DNA of 64,000 nucleotides, from positions 62,001 to 126,000 of the forward strand of contig NW_013547014.1 in assembly GCF_000711695.1 (NCBI RefSeq). Direction: 5' to 3'. Position numbers and translations under genes: made by a program. Numbering within the stretch: position 1 is the stretch's first letter; each line of letters opens with the position of its first letter. The notes below the pieces were generated by a model that was not told the origin of the DNA, searched no databases, and saw only the letters and a list, made by a program, of their open reading frames with translations. Source of the stretch: Tilletiaria anomala UBC 951. Lineage: Eukaryota. This document shows positions 24,223 to 38,718 of this stretch, one piece after another.

Positions 24223-25770
24223 TCAATCAATCCCTGGTATCGCATGTGTGTAACTCTTGAGCCGTCGAAGGTGTTCTCTTCAGGAATATCGCCAATATGA
24301 CTCACAATGTAAGAACAACAATCCCAGCCCACTCCCTATCAGAAAGAGGCACAACATCCGATTGGCCTGCCGATTCCGCTCCTTTGCCTTCCTTAGTTGT
24401 GTGTTCCCTTGGCCCACCTCTGCGCTATGTCCAATGCTCTCCTCCAGCAACTTGCCCGTCATCTCGCTTTGCTGGCCCAGGTGCTGTATCAGCTGCGTCT
24501 GCAGTTCCGCGATGGCGTACAGCTTCGACTCGGCCTGTTGCACTGACGCCAGGTCGCTCTCGAAAGACGAGAGCAGCGCGCTGTTCTCTGACTCGAACTG
24601 TTGGATTTGCGTGGGTGTCAACGTGGAGAGCACGTCAGATGAGGAGGTTGAAGGATCGCACGAGGACGTGAATGCGGGTACGAGGGACGGGTCAAGCTTG
24701 ATGCCCTTGGTAGAACCCTGCAATGGGCCAATAGCGCTGCTCTTTCCGGTCACGTCCTCTTTTCCTCCATCTGCTCGCTGCGTGCTGCTGGACGCGGTAG
24801 CAGCGCCTAACCCTCGATCCCAGCCCTCGCGCGTGCGCCGGTTCTTCAGGTAACGTTCCTGCATGCCCCGCTGCCGCGTCCCTGCGTGCGCCAAGAGCGA
24901 GCTCAGGTAGTGGCAGATGCCGGAACGATGCAGCGACAATTGCGAGGAGTACGCTGCAGAATGTATCGAGGTAGGGGACGAAGAGAGGGAGAGGAGGATT
25001 GTGAGTGGGTTCGAAGCGGCGTGTGACGTCGGAGAGGTGCGTTTTCGGACTAGTGTGAAGATGGGGATGGCATGCGTGACAAGAATACGTCAGCTCTGCT
25101 GCGACCGTCTCTCGGCAGAGGAGCCAAGCAAATACATACTCTCTTCAGCTTTCTCCAGCTCCTTGATCCTTTCCATCAGCCGCTTGAGCATGACGCGCAC
25201 CTGAAGGTCCAGCTCATCGCGCTGGCGCTCATCCATGCTCCGAACGTGCTTCCATCGCGCGAAAGGATCTGAAGATGCTGTGTCGCTTGATGCAAGATCG
25301 GCTGACGTCTCGGAAGAGGAGGTCGGCCTCACGCCGCCCACCCCACTGTTTACCATATAGACGCGCCGGATGGCGCCAAGAAAGGAGACGAGAGCTAGGA
25401 TTGCGCGGTGCTGTCGCAGACAACATCAAATCCGAGGGTGCACTCAATACGTTTGTCAGCTGCCGCCCTTGTGACAAGAATTCTGGAGGTGATTGCAACG
25501 TACTATTCGTCTAGCCTCTGCAATCCACTCGCGGTCCGCATTCTTCCTTTGAAGAAGCGCATCCTTCTCCTTTTGTGTCCGTGCACCATCGATATTGTAC
25601 ACGTCCACCTTGCGCTGTTCTGGCTGCTGACTGTTTAGTCGTTGGTGCTGCTGCTGATGTTCGGCGATGAGAGAACGAAAGAGCGCAGTGCGGTTCCCTC
25701 TCTTTGGCAGCTGTGGGTTCAGTGAGGAAGACTGCGTAGAGGAGAGCGAAGATGAGCCGAGGCGTGACAT
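24223..25770 (-). CDS. UFE1: ER Qa-SNARE Ufe1/syntaxin-18; introns 25411-25503, 25050-25139, 24234-24305
   Basis: N-peptide NRTALF, MDERQRDELD, QIQQFESEN, AESKLYAIAELQTQL, GNTQLRKA, C-terminal TM ending LLFLH|WID* after splicing. Confidence 0.85.
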
Positions 25771-26376
25771 GTTCACGTGGTGGCCAATGGGCCAGGCGGT
25801 CGTTCGGATTCTTTGGCTGGCCGGGGTCGGTTGGCACAAGCGCTTCCAAGTCGCCTTTTGAAGGGGCGGGAGCCTCGATTTGCATTAAAGTTGATCAGCG
25901 GCGATGCCGTTCCCGCACACGCTAATGGTAGGTGTCGTGGGAAACGTGGCCGTGCCAGCTTGCAGAACACTCGAATGCACATCCATCCATGCTCTGTGTG
26001 CAGGCATTAATCGCGTCGATAACGTGAGCCCGACGTTTGACATGTACGATCGATCGTGTTTGTGTGGCAAGTGTGGTGGTTGGATCGGTGCAACTCCTTA
26101 GCTGCTTACATAAGCTTCCTTCAGCGGAAACAAAAGTCAAGAGCAGAGGAAAGATGTAGTGATTGTGAACGGCTGCGAAAAAAGCAAAAAATCGCTTTCG
26201 AGCACTCATGGCATTTGCCCCATCTGCTGCTGGCAATCTTCTGAGGTCCAGAGCATGGTAGAGCAGCTTGCCTCGCGGACACGGGTTGCTGGGCATTGAC
26301 ACCTCGCACGCACACATAGAAAAGGTAGAGGTGCTGCTGACCGCAAAAGGTGGTCCTGGCCACAGCGTCTGTGAAA

Positions 26377-29300
26377 ATGGCGTCCATCAGTCAGAAGAAC
26401 GCATCCGGCCAGAAAGGCTCGTCGAAACGCTCCAGCGGCAAGTCCCGACCTGCCTCTACTTCCTCGCTCAATGCTCTTTCCGCCAGCGCCTCAACTTCTG
26501 CCAGCTCAGCTGCCGCTCTGGATGAGCTTGCAGCAGCCGGCGTGCTCTCGGCCTTCTCGCCCTTGGAGCAACACAGCGGGAGAGGCTATTTCGCGCTGCT
26601 GAGCCAGGCGATCGACCGCCATCGTCTGCGTATCTACGCTGTCAGTGCTTCTGAGGCAGGCGCAACCGGCGCAGTGGTAGGCTCATCGGGAGGGCGGTTG
26701 GTGGCGGACTACATCATCCCCAATGAGGCAAAGTGCAACACGCTTGCCTGGGGGCGGCTTAGCGCCGGCAGCTCGGCCAAAGCTGTGCCGAATGACCAAC
26801 AGGCGGATACCAGCACAGACGGAAGCAAGAAGAAGAAGCGACGGAAGTCCAAGCCTGGTAATCATGTGACAGGAGAAGATAGTGTAGACCTCTCGCAGCC
26901 GAACGGCAGTTCCGAGGATACTCAGCTAGAAACGCAAGTGCTAGCTCTTGGACTCGACAACGGCCAGGTGCATCTGTTCTCCCCTTCTTTAGGCAAGACA
27001 ACCCACATTCTCTCCGACTCGGAATTTTCAGCTGCATCGCACGGAATCCACGCCACTACCCTGCCTCTTGCATCGGCAGCTATGGCTGGAACGGGAAGGA
27101 ACAAAGGCGTGCTGCATGTCGTTTGCAAAAGCCATCATCCCTTGCAGTTCTGGACTGCTTCGAGCGATGGTGTAGTCCGTGTGTACGAGCTTGAAACGCA
27201 GGAGCCCTTACATGGCAGAACAATCGCACCAAGCCGGCGTATAGTGCCGGAAGCTCAGACGGGCGTCCATATTGTCGCTCCCGCTGATGCGCCTGTATCG
27301 ACTCCCCTTGCAAAGACGGTCCTCGTGGGTCACCACTCCATTCGACTCTTCCCTGCTTCAACCGCCTCGAAAGCATCCTCCATTCCTGCTTCTTTCGAGC
27401 AGCCCGACGCACCGCTTGTACACTTTACAGGCCATGCCACGCCCATCACGCACCTCGTCTGGCTCTCTGGCGACGCTGCTGAAGCCGGGGATCAAGTTGA
27501 AGGCAACGGTGCTCGCTTCGTCAGTGCTGCAGAGGAGGACCGGACGCTGTACATCTGGGATATCCCTTCCTTAGTGCCCACAGATGATTCGGGTGTCAAG
27601 AATGGCAAGCCGCTCGCGCTCATCACGCTCGATTCAGCCGCTCGGCACATCGAGTGCTTGCAACTTGCTGCATCGCAGGGACGGGAGACTGGGGAGCAGC
27701 TCCTTCTCATCGTCACGTCATCAGGTAGCGCGCAGCTGTACAGCATTCCCACTTCGTTTGATGCCGCTGCGACTACCGGGGCAGACGCTGTTACCGCCAC
27801 CGACGCTTCTGGCTTAAGCACAAAGAAAAAGAAGCGACGTGCCAGCGCGCTCGCAGCATTGCCGACGCTGAAACCCGTCTCGCAGGTCCGCATCGTTAGC
27901 AGTGCCAAGGGAAGTACCGGGACGCTGCCGCTCGTAGATGCTGTCGCTGCGGCTGAAAGCACAGAGAACGGTGGTGCACTATCGCTTCTGCTTGCGAGGC
28001 TTGTCAGGGGTTCCAAGCTGGTGCTTGAACGTGCGGTGAGTTTCTTATCCTGCGACCTAGCCATCGCAGTCACCAAATGGAGTGGCACTGACTATGATGT
28101 TCTCAACGCATCGACGCACTTCAGGTCGTCCGCCCGGACGCTGCGGCGCCTTTCGCATCGCAGCTGGAGCTGACGCGGTCCGGGGACGCGAGCAATCTGC
28201 TCGTCTCGCTCGACGACGGCAGCGATGCGGCGCTCGGTGGTGGTGTCAGCCCCATGCAGCGCTTCGACGATGGCCCTTCCACCTCTGCAGTCGCAGCGGG
28301 TGGGAAGCAAAGCGTGCGCGCGGGAAGCGCAGCGGGCGCGGCGCTCTCGGCACAGCTCGGGCTTGTCGATGGCAGCAGTGCGATTCCCAAGGCGGAAGAG
28401 CTGGATGCTCTTATCGACGAGCAGGCCGAGCTCGGCATAGACCTCGACGAACCGACGCTGGCGCAGAGACTCAAGAGCCTTAACGTCCGCAGTTTCGGTC
28501 AGGGTGCTGCTGGCGGGAGAAATAGGGGGAAGAAATCGAACGAGGACGCAGGGCTCGATAATTCTGATGAAGATGAGGACGCGGACGATGCGCACGACAG
28601 CGATGACGATGGATTTGGACCTGCATCGAAAACGCGTGCTCTAACAGTTAAAGCGGGCGGCTCGGCCTCGCTTGCCCAAGCGCTGACGCAAGCGCTGCAT
28701 TCGGGTGACACCACCCTGCTCACCTCATCCCTGGTACACGGAGACCCGGTGCTGATTCGGGGCACAGTCGCGCGTCTGTCGGGTCCGCTGGCCGTGCGGC
28801 TGCTCGAACACTGCATCGAACGCATGAACAAGGGCGGCAACATGACGAGTCGAGGGGCGCTAGGCAGCCAGCGGGCCAAGGCGCTAATCGAGTGGGTCAG
28901 GATCACGCTCGTCATTCATACGGCCTACTTTATGTCGGTGAGTGCATGGGTTATGCTGGCGGAGAGGTGATCGATTCGAGGAGGGTTGCTGATCGTTTGC
29001 GCATCTGCCCAGCTCCCGAACCTGGTCACGCGGCTGTTCCACCTGCACTCGGCGCTGCTGGCACGCCTGGCGTCGCAGGACAAACTACTAGAGCTGCAGG
29101 GCCGACTAGAGCTGGTGCTGGCGCAGATCGAGCTGCGCGCGACGTACGACGCGTCGCAGGTGGACGTACAGGGCGTCAAGGCGCGCGCCGGAGCCGCGCG
29201 CGCTGCAGCGTCCAAGGGCGGTAGCAAAAAGGAAAGCAGGAAGCAGGCGCTCGACCGGACGCAGGGACAGGTGTGGGTCGAGAGCGACGCGGAAGAGGAG

Positions 29301-29902
29301 GCGGAAACAGACGCGATGAACGTTGATGAGGAGGGCGATGACGACGATGACGACGTCGAGCGCGGGGACGAGGAGGGCGAGTTGCAGGACATTGCGCTCG
29401 GCGGTGACGAGGACGACTCGGAGGAAGAAGAGAGCGAGAGCGAGGACGAGGAAGATGAAGACGAAGTCATGGAGGACAATGCGGTTGTCGACACGCCTGA
29501 AGGCAGCGAGGAAGGGTCCGGGGACGAACGGGGAGATGCAGCTGAGGACCAAGAGGAAGAAGAATACGACGAGGACGCGGATGAAGCGGGCAGCCTGGAT
29601 GATTTCATCGTCGACGACGATGAGGAAGCGCTCGATCAGGAAGGCGATTCGGACGACGAGGTGCGTATGCCTCGAGCTTCGTTCCAGATATTTGTGGACG
29701 CACTAACACGAGGCTATCGTCACTTCGGACACAGGACGAGAGCGAAGATGATGATGAGGACGAGGGCAAGCTGGCTCGGCATGGTCGACACACAGCACGG
29801 CAGGGAGGGCAACAGCAGAAGCACTCTTCGATGCTCGTGGACGATGAGGCAGAGGAGACGTCGGGCGAGGGCACAGGGCCTGACGAGGACTCGGTCGACT
29901 GA
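26377..29902 (+). CDS. UTP5: SSU processome t-UTP subunit Utp5/WDR43 (WD repeats + Utp12 domain + acidic tail); introns 28036-28124, 28938-29012, 29661-29734
   Basis: WD motifs (LALGLDNGQVHLFS, FTGHATPI, FVSAAEEDRTLYIWD); SLAQALTQALHSGDTTLL...IRGTV.RL...W...L..H..Y.MS|LP.L...L.GRL; D/E-rich C-terminus. Confidence 0.85.
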
Positions 29903-31279
29903 GGAGAAGACGAGACCGAACTATTCAAAAAAGGCATGATCGAACCAACAAGCCGCGTCTTGACGCATGCCATGTATGTAAAATGCATCCATCTCCAAAC
30001 ACTCTGTGCTTCCATTCAGCTTTTGTCGATGCGCCCATCGGTTGAGCGGCCCATGCCCCAACGCGTCGGGCGAAGTGAACGCCGGTTCGGTTTGCGGAAG
30101 GCGGTGCATCTCGCCGAGCGAGCCTGTGTTCGGCGAGGTGTGCTGTGCTTCCGAGTGGCAGGGTTCGTGCGCATCGCCAGGAGGTCTGGCATAGGCGCAG
30201 TCGATGGGATGCGGCCGCGGTCGACGGCTCATGGGTGCAATCAAAATGTGGGGGGGGTTAATGGTTGGATGGAAGAGGTCACCGAGTGAAAGAAAAAATA
30301 GAATAGAAAACATGAAAGCGGCCAACCCTAAAACATCCATATTCTTAGAGTGGAATAGTAGGATGGAGGGGCATTCATTCTTTTCTCTCTGAACAGTTCT
30401 TTCTTTTCATGCTAGACTGTACGTACGCCAAGCTTTACTCTTTTTTTTCCCGAGTCAAAAGTACGAGGCACGCACGGACCAACATGCTGGCTGTTCCCGT
30501 TTCGGCAAGTCAGAAGCGAGAATCCAGGTATTCCTGGCGGGGTTTTGCGCAGTTATCCGCCTAGATTCCCGGGGAATCTGGGTGCAGCATCCATGCGATG
30601 GCCAGGCGGAAGGGTTATGGTGGCTTGGATGTGAGCGAGCTAGCTGACAGCACCAAGGGAGCCCACCACGTACCAACCATGGCCGGAGCACTCAAGAGGT
30701 CATCATCCATCCTCTCTCTTCTCTCGCTGCATCCAAATCATGGGTGGCACACACCCTGCTGCATCTCCCACCAGCCTCGCTCGCGCGCTCCTTTTACTGG
30801 CAGCGAGCACAGAGTACCCGGCTCGTGTCGGCTCACCCCCTCTCTATCGTGTCCTGCATACACAGCGAGGCGAGGTGCGAGCATCTCGCTCACATGCCTG
30901 CCTGGGATACCGCCGTATCGCGACCTACCTGCGCGCGCGTCCGTGCCACCCATCCTCCAACGCTCTTCTTTGATCCGGCAAAGGTACAAGCTGGAAAAAA
31001 AGGAGCGGTGCAGCGCGATTCTGAGGTGGCGGTCCAAGGCACTTTTACGGAGACAAAGCGAACGTGCTCAAGGCGATACCGCTGTGAGCATTGCATACAC
31101 CCGCGTGTCGCGCACCTCTCTTTGCTGAGATCCCCATTTCTCTCTTTCCCTTTTACCTGCGCCCTTTGCTGCCGAATCAAGCGCGAGAAATTATATTTAT
31201 ACACCAGACAGGCTGCCGCGCCCCGCCTATCACCGCTCTTCCTTGACCCTGCTACAACGCATCGCACATCCGGGCCGGA

Positions 31280-34200
31280 ATGAAAAAGATGCCCGCCACA
31301 TCCACCAGCAGTAGTGTCAACGGCGTCCTAAACCAGCCCCCCTTCAACCCCCCTCGCTCCGGCACTGCGGGGACAAGCAAGAGCAAAAGCAACGGTGGCT
31401 TTCCATACATCCGGGCCGGTTTGCGCGACGCACACGCCGCCACCGCCGTCTCTTCCTCCTCCTCCGCCTCATCGTTTTCTTCCGCATCACCCACGTCGCC
31501 TGCAAGCCCCTCTTTCTCCCCCCACCACCAGCAGCTGGCAGCGGCGTTAGCCGAGTACAACGGCACCGCTGCTCCTGCCGCTGGGCACCCGCACAGCAGC
31601 TCTGGCGCGTCCGTGCAGCAGCAGCACGTGCGCATGCGCTCTCCCTCCAGATCCGGCGGCATGGGCGCAAGCGCAGGAGTGGGAATGAGACCGTTCCCGC
31701 CAGAGCGGGAGCTCGCGCCATTCTCCACCGCGCTCAGCCCGCGCACGCGCCCGCGCACGCTCTCCAGCAGGAGCCTGAGCCTGCGGCGCAGCACTCCTAC
31801 TGCCTCTCCTAGAGCAGACGAACGGCAATTGGACGGTGAGGAGCTCGCGTCTGCGCACAGAGGCACCGCGAGGAAGACCGTGAGCAGCGGAAACCTCGCC
31901 GCGAGCGCTGACAGCGTAGCCTGCCGAAGCAGCGCGGAGCCCGACAAAGTGCTGTCGCCCGCCATGACGCTATCCGTCAGCAGTGGCAGCTACAGTCCCA
32001 GTGGCACGCGCTCGCCACGAGGCGCTGCCGGCAGCCCTAGCTTTGGCCCTGCTGCCGCCGCCGCTAACTCATCCTCAGTCCGAGCCACGTCGCCCGCAGC
32101 CGCAGCCTCGCCGGCCATCTCGCCCGGCGCAGGTCGCGTCGCGCCGTGGAACCTGCAGGATATCCAGCACGAGAAAACACAGCAACACGGCTTCGATGTC
32201 ATCGATTATCGCGTCTCAGCGCTGCACCCCGTGGTGGGGCCGCCGACGCAGATGCGAATTGGCGATGCGCGTGGGGAGCCGCTTGGAGATGCTGGTGCGG
32301 TTGTCGAGGAAGAAGAGGATGGGGAAGGTCGTGTGCATCTGGGCTGCGGGCGGGCAGAACAGGAGGACAAATTTACTCATAAAGCCGCAGATTCGCATGC
32401 GGATGTCGAGCGCCTACCCTCGCCTCCTCCGCCGATGCCGCCGCCCAAGTCACCGCGACATGTTCCGCGCTCGACGCGCGCGCTGTGGGTCGGCACTGCA
32501 GCTGCTGCGGTGCCGCTGCCGAATTTATGCCTCATCCCTGCTGCTGCTGCTATGGAAGACAGCGCAGAAAACAGAGGTGCAGAGGGCGAGAATGGAGCGG
32601 GGGCGGAGCGATCGAGCGCCGCCGTTACTGCAGGCGAAGCACACGCTGTGCGAGGGCGAAGAGGGAGTGCTGCTTCAAACGACACGATCATCGAGCCAAA
32701 GAGCAGCTGGTCGTGGCAAACGAACCTCCCCGCCGACGAGTCGACACCAGCAACAGCAGCATCCGAACAACATGCCGCCGTCGCCCGATCGGCCATCTTT
32801 TCCGTGGGCAACCTGCACAGCTCGGCCTCGCTGCCGCATGTCCACTCGCATGCGCAGTTCTCCCCCGCGCTACCGGCGAGCGCAAGCGCAAGCGGGTCTC
32901 TGCGCTCCACGGCTTTCCGCTCGATAGACCCGCAGATGAGTATAGACCATCCCTCCTCTGCTGCTGCAACGGGCACCCTGTCGCGCCAAAGTAACAACCT
33001 GCCAGTGCACGCGTTCATGTCGCTCGGCAGGCCGCTGTACAACAGGCAGCTCGACGAGCGCGAGACATTCATGATCGAAGGCGAGAACTTTGTCATCAGC
33101 GCTCCCGGCATCTCCCCCGTCATCGGCCCCGACGACAACAGCTCCTCCCGCTCCGCCGCTGAAGCTGCAGGTGCTGCTGCTACTACTACCACTGCAGCAG
33201 AGTTCAACGCATACGCAGATGGAATGCGGGTCATCGATGGCAAAAAGCTCGACTGGGCGCCCGAGCGCCAGCGTAGGCGCGAGAGGACGGATCACCTCGC
33301 CGAGGAGCAAGCCCAGCTCAAAGCCGATGCCAAAGCCCCCGGCTTCTCTAAGCGCTTCTCTCGCAGGCTGCAGGGCGGCAATTCCAGCATCGCCGAATTG
33401 GCGACTACCGTGTCGAGGAGCTCTCATGATGGCGTCGGCGTTGATATGGAGTGCCAGGATGCGGATGCGGTGAGCAACAAGAGCGTCGGCAAGAGTCGGC
33501 GCAGACAGAGCTTCTTTGGCGCGACGGCTGCAGCCGCTGTCAAAGGCAGGAGGTCCTCCTCGCCATCCAATCGCGCAGTGAGAGACGCAAGCATTGAGAA
33601 GGTCGCCTTTGCCAAGCGCGTCAACCGCCAGTCGATCGCCTGTCCGGGCTTGCAGCAGACCATATCGTCCGCCTACTTGTTGTCAGCTGCCACCTCGGCC
33701 CTTTCACCCGCAGATAGCGGAGGCAGCAGCAGCAACCCGAGCGGGAGCTACGCGATCAAGCCGCCAACTGTGCTGCAGCTGTTCGAAGCAAGCAACCACA
33801 TCATCTTCAATGACCGCGGCACAGGCATCAAGTTTGGCGACCTCTTCAAGCAGCAGCGCGCGCTCGTCTTCTTCTTGCGCCACTGGTGGTGCCCCTTCTG
33901 CCAGCAGTTCGCTCAGTCACTCAAGCACATCGACCTAGCCCCACTCAAGCGCGCCGGCCTGGACATCGTCATCATCGGTCAAGGCAGCTGGCAGGTTATC
34001 ACGTCTTTCAAAGCGGTACTCGGCGTTCCATTCCCGCTGTATGCGGACCCTGAGCGCAACGTGTACAAGTCCCTCGGCATGACGATGCGCACCAACGACC
34101 CCGGTCCTGAGTGCGCCGTGCCTGACTATATAAAGCACGGTATGACCAAGGCCACTTTTACGGCCATCAAAGTGAGTAAAGCGCCGCTTGCTGATCCCCT

Positions 34201-36390
34201 TGGCGCTCATGGCTGACGTCCGTATATCTCAACTCACTTTTTTGAACTTCGCAGAAGGGCCTCTTCAATATGCAGATCGGCTCCCCTGGAGACCTCAAGC
34301 TTCTTGGGGGCGAGTTCATTCTCGGTCCCGGCCTGCAGTGCTCCTTCACGCACCGCATGGTCACCGTCCGCGGCCACCTTGACGCGCATCGCATCTTAGC
34401 GCAGACAGGCATCGACATGACTGCCAAAGGCGCGCGCGACATTCTCGACGAAAGCTCCATCGCGGACCACGTATCGATAAGCAGCCGCAGTGTAGCCAGC
34501 TCGCAGGGGTTCTACAATGCACACGAGCACCCGGGCAGAGCGGAGCGCACGCGCTCGCTTGGCCGCAGCAAGGCCCGCATCACCAAGCTGTTCGGCGGCG
34601 GCGGTAGGAAGAACAGCGCTGAAGCAGCGACAGACGTGGAAGCCAGCGACACGGGGACTGAAATCGACGCAGATGACTTTTTGAGTCTGGGTCGCGCGCT
34701 TTCGTTCGATGGCCAGCGCGCTCCGGGTATTGCGCAGTCGCAGACCTCCTCTGTCCCGCAGTCAAGAAGGGAGAGCCAGTTGTGGAACCCTTTCAGTTCT
34801 GGCAAGCCCAAGGGCCAACGCCAAGGCCTCGAGCCGCCACCTATGCCGGAGAACGCGGCTGCCATTAGTGCTGCGCACGCTTCCAGAGTGTACGCTTCCG
34901 AACAAGCCAATGGCCACTCATCCGAGCCCAGTGAACAACCTGAGGCGCTCGAGGCGCTGGAAAACTCCGCATCCGCGTCCGAAGTGCCGGCCCCAGCGTC
35001 GGCGCGTTCCATCTCGGCGGTCAGCGCGGATGAATCTGTGGCTCGTGGGAGTGAAGACGGATCTGTTGGAGGCCCGTCCTCATTCAAAGAGCTCACCGCA
35101 GCTTCTCTCCGTCCCATGTCGAAGCGTGTCTGGGCCGGCCCTCAAGGCATGGAACACACTCCTAAACAAAGCGGCGATGAGATGCCTGACAACTGTGCTC
35201 GTCAAACATCTAATGGCAGTACGAGGGATGGGCAAAGTGACCTGATCAACACGGGGGATGATGAAGCAGCAGCGGTGGGTTGCTTTACTCTTTCGGACGT
35301 CTCGCGCACGCCATCTCAGATCCTCGACCATAGCATCTTTGTCCAGGAGGCCCCCGCGGATCAACAAGAGCAGAACAGTGTGTTGTCGCCGCAAAGTACC
35401 CCTGATGTGGCTTCTGCTCAACATTCACCTTCACTATCTTTATTCAACCAGAACGGCCGCTTTGGTTCGGTCAGCTCGGTCAAGTCTTTCTCTGCATACC
35501 AGACCGAACCCAATGACCCTTCGTCTCCACACGAAGAACGCGCAGCGCAGCCCCACTCGAGCAATTTCAAGGACCTTCCGCCCTCGCCTCTTGTGTCTCC
35601 CGGTTTCTCTGTCGTAGCTTCTGACTCTTTCTTGGGCGACTTGGATGCTGTCGACGGCTTTTCGCACCGGCCAGTGAGTCTGCAGGCGCATATGAGCTTG
35701 GAGGACCTGTACTACAAGCAGCCCGGCGAGATCTTTGAAGAAAACGTCAACGAAGATTTAGAAGTTGCGGCTGCCAAGGAGCAGAGCGCTGCCGAAGAAG
35801 ACGGCGGCGATGGCTCAGACCACGACGGCTTTGAGCGCAGCCAAGACGAAAAAGACGGGAATGACAACAAAAAGGAGCAAGAGCAGCTGGAAGACGGTGA
35901 GGTTGACGACGACCAGGCTACCATCGATGCTCATGGCGCAAATCAATCTCGGACCGGCTTGGTCCAGGCTGAGTATGACTCGGATGAGGACGACCTCGAT
36001 GCTATAGCGCCTGATGAAGAGGAATGTGACAATCATCGGCCATTGCTCGGCATTGGCCTCGGCGTCTCGAGCATGCGCCCGACTCTGTCTCCAACTCCTG
36101 AAGATGAAGAGGAGGAGGAAGAGGACGATTCTGGAAATGAGGACGAGGGTGCTCGCCAACAGCGAGGCCAACAGACACCTGACACGTCACCAGCCACTTC
36201 TTCCGTGCACTCTTCGCCGTACAACATCCTGGGAAAGCCACATGGCAGCGGACGCTTGCATTTGAAAGCTGGGAGTAGCCTCGTGCGCGCTCCCAATGAG
36301 AACCTTGGAACGTTTATGGAAGAGGAAGAGGAGGAAGAGGATGACGGGTTGGAAGAGGAGGTCCGACGACGACGACCTTGGACAGCTTGA
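31280..36390 (+). CDS. ~1675-aa protein with central AhpC-TSA_2 / peroxiredoxin-like (AAED1/PRXL2-type) thioredoxin-fold domain; intron 34172-34254
   Basis: GIKFGDLF...LVFFLRHWWCPFCQQF...IVIIGQG...FPLYADPERNVYKSLGM...|GD..LLGGEFILGPGLQCSFTHRM...GH; long S/A-rich and acidic flanks. Confidence 0.82.
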
Positions 36391-37295
36391 TGGAAATGTA
36401 TTAGACAAAGCTTGTATCACGGGTTAAGTTGAGGCGCGCCGTATCTCGGCCGATTCGCGTTCCATTCGTGCCGAATTGAGTGCAGACTCACTATTTACTG
36501 CCCGACTTTGCCTAGTGTCCCCACATGTTCACGCCAGGTTACACGTGTCGCCCACCACTACACATCTGTGTGGCTTTGCCAAGGCCATCTCCACAATGTG
36601 GGACGCAGGCGGCAGGAGGCATACGTGGATCTGATAGCTAGCTCCCAATTCCTTTATTTCCCTTTCGAGCAAAATTGATCGGCTGAACCTACCTAGTCCA
36701 TTGTGGGAACACAGTCAATACGAGCGCAGCACCGCAGGCCGCCGCGCTCATGTGACCAGCTCGATCAATACGAGCAGGTCAGGTACTGGGCTGCTCGACT
36801 AGTATACAAGAATCAGACAGGAGCAGACTTGGAATAAACTTTGCAAATAGTCGCCTAGCAACCTGCGGGGCTTCGAGAGAGTGATATGGTTTTGTCTACC
36901 TCGCGAGCCAGGCGAGCGTAAACCATCCCGACGTCGTGTCAGAACCGGTGGTATTCGAGGGAAGACCTCCACTGGACATCTGGTGGAATTGGGAAGAGAG
37001 GGAGGATTGAGCCATACGGATTGCACCGAAGTGAGGGTTGCACCGATTTTGACTCGTCTTCCTTCCTATGCACAATTTTTTTGAGATCGGCAGCACTGAT
37101 CACGATGTATATGAGGTGAGGAGGCGTCGCAATGACAACGATGACCATCGGCATCATTTGAATTGTCAGTGGATCTAATCAGCAAGACGGGATCGTCGCA
37201 TTCAAAGGTCACAGAAAGCTTCCCAACGGACATCTCGCCGAATCGGATGTGCTTTACACAGGTCCTGCTGCCAGCTCCCGACTCAAACGACTACC

Positions 37296-38718
37296 ATGAC
37301 GCGCTACACCAAACTGGATTCGCGCAAGCCTAGCGCGCTTCCAGCCTCCGATCACTTTGGTGATGCAAAGCAGAAGCAGAGTGACAACGAGCCCGACACC
37401 ACTGCTGCCAGTGAAACGCTCTCTACTGCTAGCGCCGCCGGTGCAGCTAAAATAGCACAACCTGCGCCTCCCAACGCATCGTCAGCCTCTGCCTCCTCCT
37501 CCGCACAAGACCAAGATCCTACAAAGCTCTACAAACGGAGCAAGCTGCTCAAGCTCAAGGCGAAAAAGGCCAAGAGCAACGAAAAGCGTACTGAATTGCT
37601 TAAGCAGGCCAAAGCGCTTGATCAGATGATGAATGCTGCCAACGGCGCTCGGGGAGGAAAAGATGGCATGGGAAATAGCAAATCGATGAGCGGCGGCAGT
37701 AACGCAGGAGGACCACGAGAGATGAAGAGGAGAAAAATCGATACCGGTGTATCGTCATGTGGAACAGAGGTACCGGAAACAACCTCAGAAAACCCTTGGA
37801 AGAAGATGGAACGTGGTGGGTTGTTGAAGCTAAGATGCGCACTCCCATCGCGAGGCCTTTACAGCCACTGACGCTGCTCCCATACTCGTCTCCACGTTTT
37901 GCTCTGCAGAGCGACGTCAAGTCAAGGATTCAAGGAATGAAGTTCGTCGCGAAAAGCGCGCCGCCGAGCGAGAAGCCAAGACACGCTGCTTTGCGTGTCG
38001 CGGCGCAGGGCATGCAGCGAAAGACTGCCCGAATCGGTTCAATGCCGAGGCGCAGGCTTTAGATGCTGTGTCCATACAAGAAGATGATGGGATTCGGGTT
38101 CTTACCGACGGAGGGGATGAGCTCAAGTCTGCAAAGGCTGCCATGACTGGCGCGCAAGCCGTCGGGTTGTGTTTCCGCTGCGGCTCGCAAGCGCACACCC
38201 TCTCCTCATGTCGTCGCCCACCACCGAGGGTTGGCTCAGCGCTGCCCTTTGCGACGTGCTTTGTCTGCTCGAAGCAAGGTCATCTCGCCTCCACCTGTCC
38301 ACAAAATAAAGGCCGAGGAGTTTACCCGAATGGAGGCTGCTGCGTCCTCTGCAGCTCCGTCGAGCATCTCGCGAAGGACTGCGCGTTGAGGCGCGAAGGT
38401 CACGCGGGCGGCACGGCAGCTGTCACGTTGATCTCGAGCACGAAGGAGGCAGGATCCATTGCTTTGGGCGCCGACGAAGACGATTTCCACGCGCTGGCAC
38501 GCAGGAAGCAGGAGGTAGAGAAGGAAATTGCGCATGAGGCCGAGGCAAACGGCGGCAAGAGCAAAAAGAAAGGTTCTAAGCGCAAGCGAGTGGCGGAGGC
38601 TGATGTCGAGACTGCTCCAAATAGGCCTGGAATTGGAAACGCAGTACTAGGGGTGCGTCGACCCGCTTCTGCCCCAACCAAAGCAGGCGCAGGCTCCCGA
38701 AAGGTAGTCACGTTCTAG
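37296..38718 (+). CDS. Zinc-knuckle (4x CCHC) RNA-binding protein, ZCCHC9-like; intron 37816-37909
   Basis: CFACRGAGHAAKDC, CFRCGSQAHTLSSC, CFVCSKQGHLASTC, CVLCSSVEHLAKDC; GVYPNGGCC and GADEDDF; basic NLS-like patches. Confidence 0.85.

Noticed and set aside
36715..36775. 11-bp direct repeat TCAATACGAGC
   Set aside because: Only two short copies; no array or element structure
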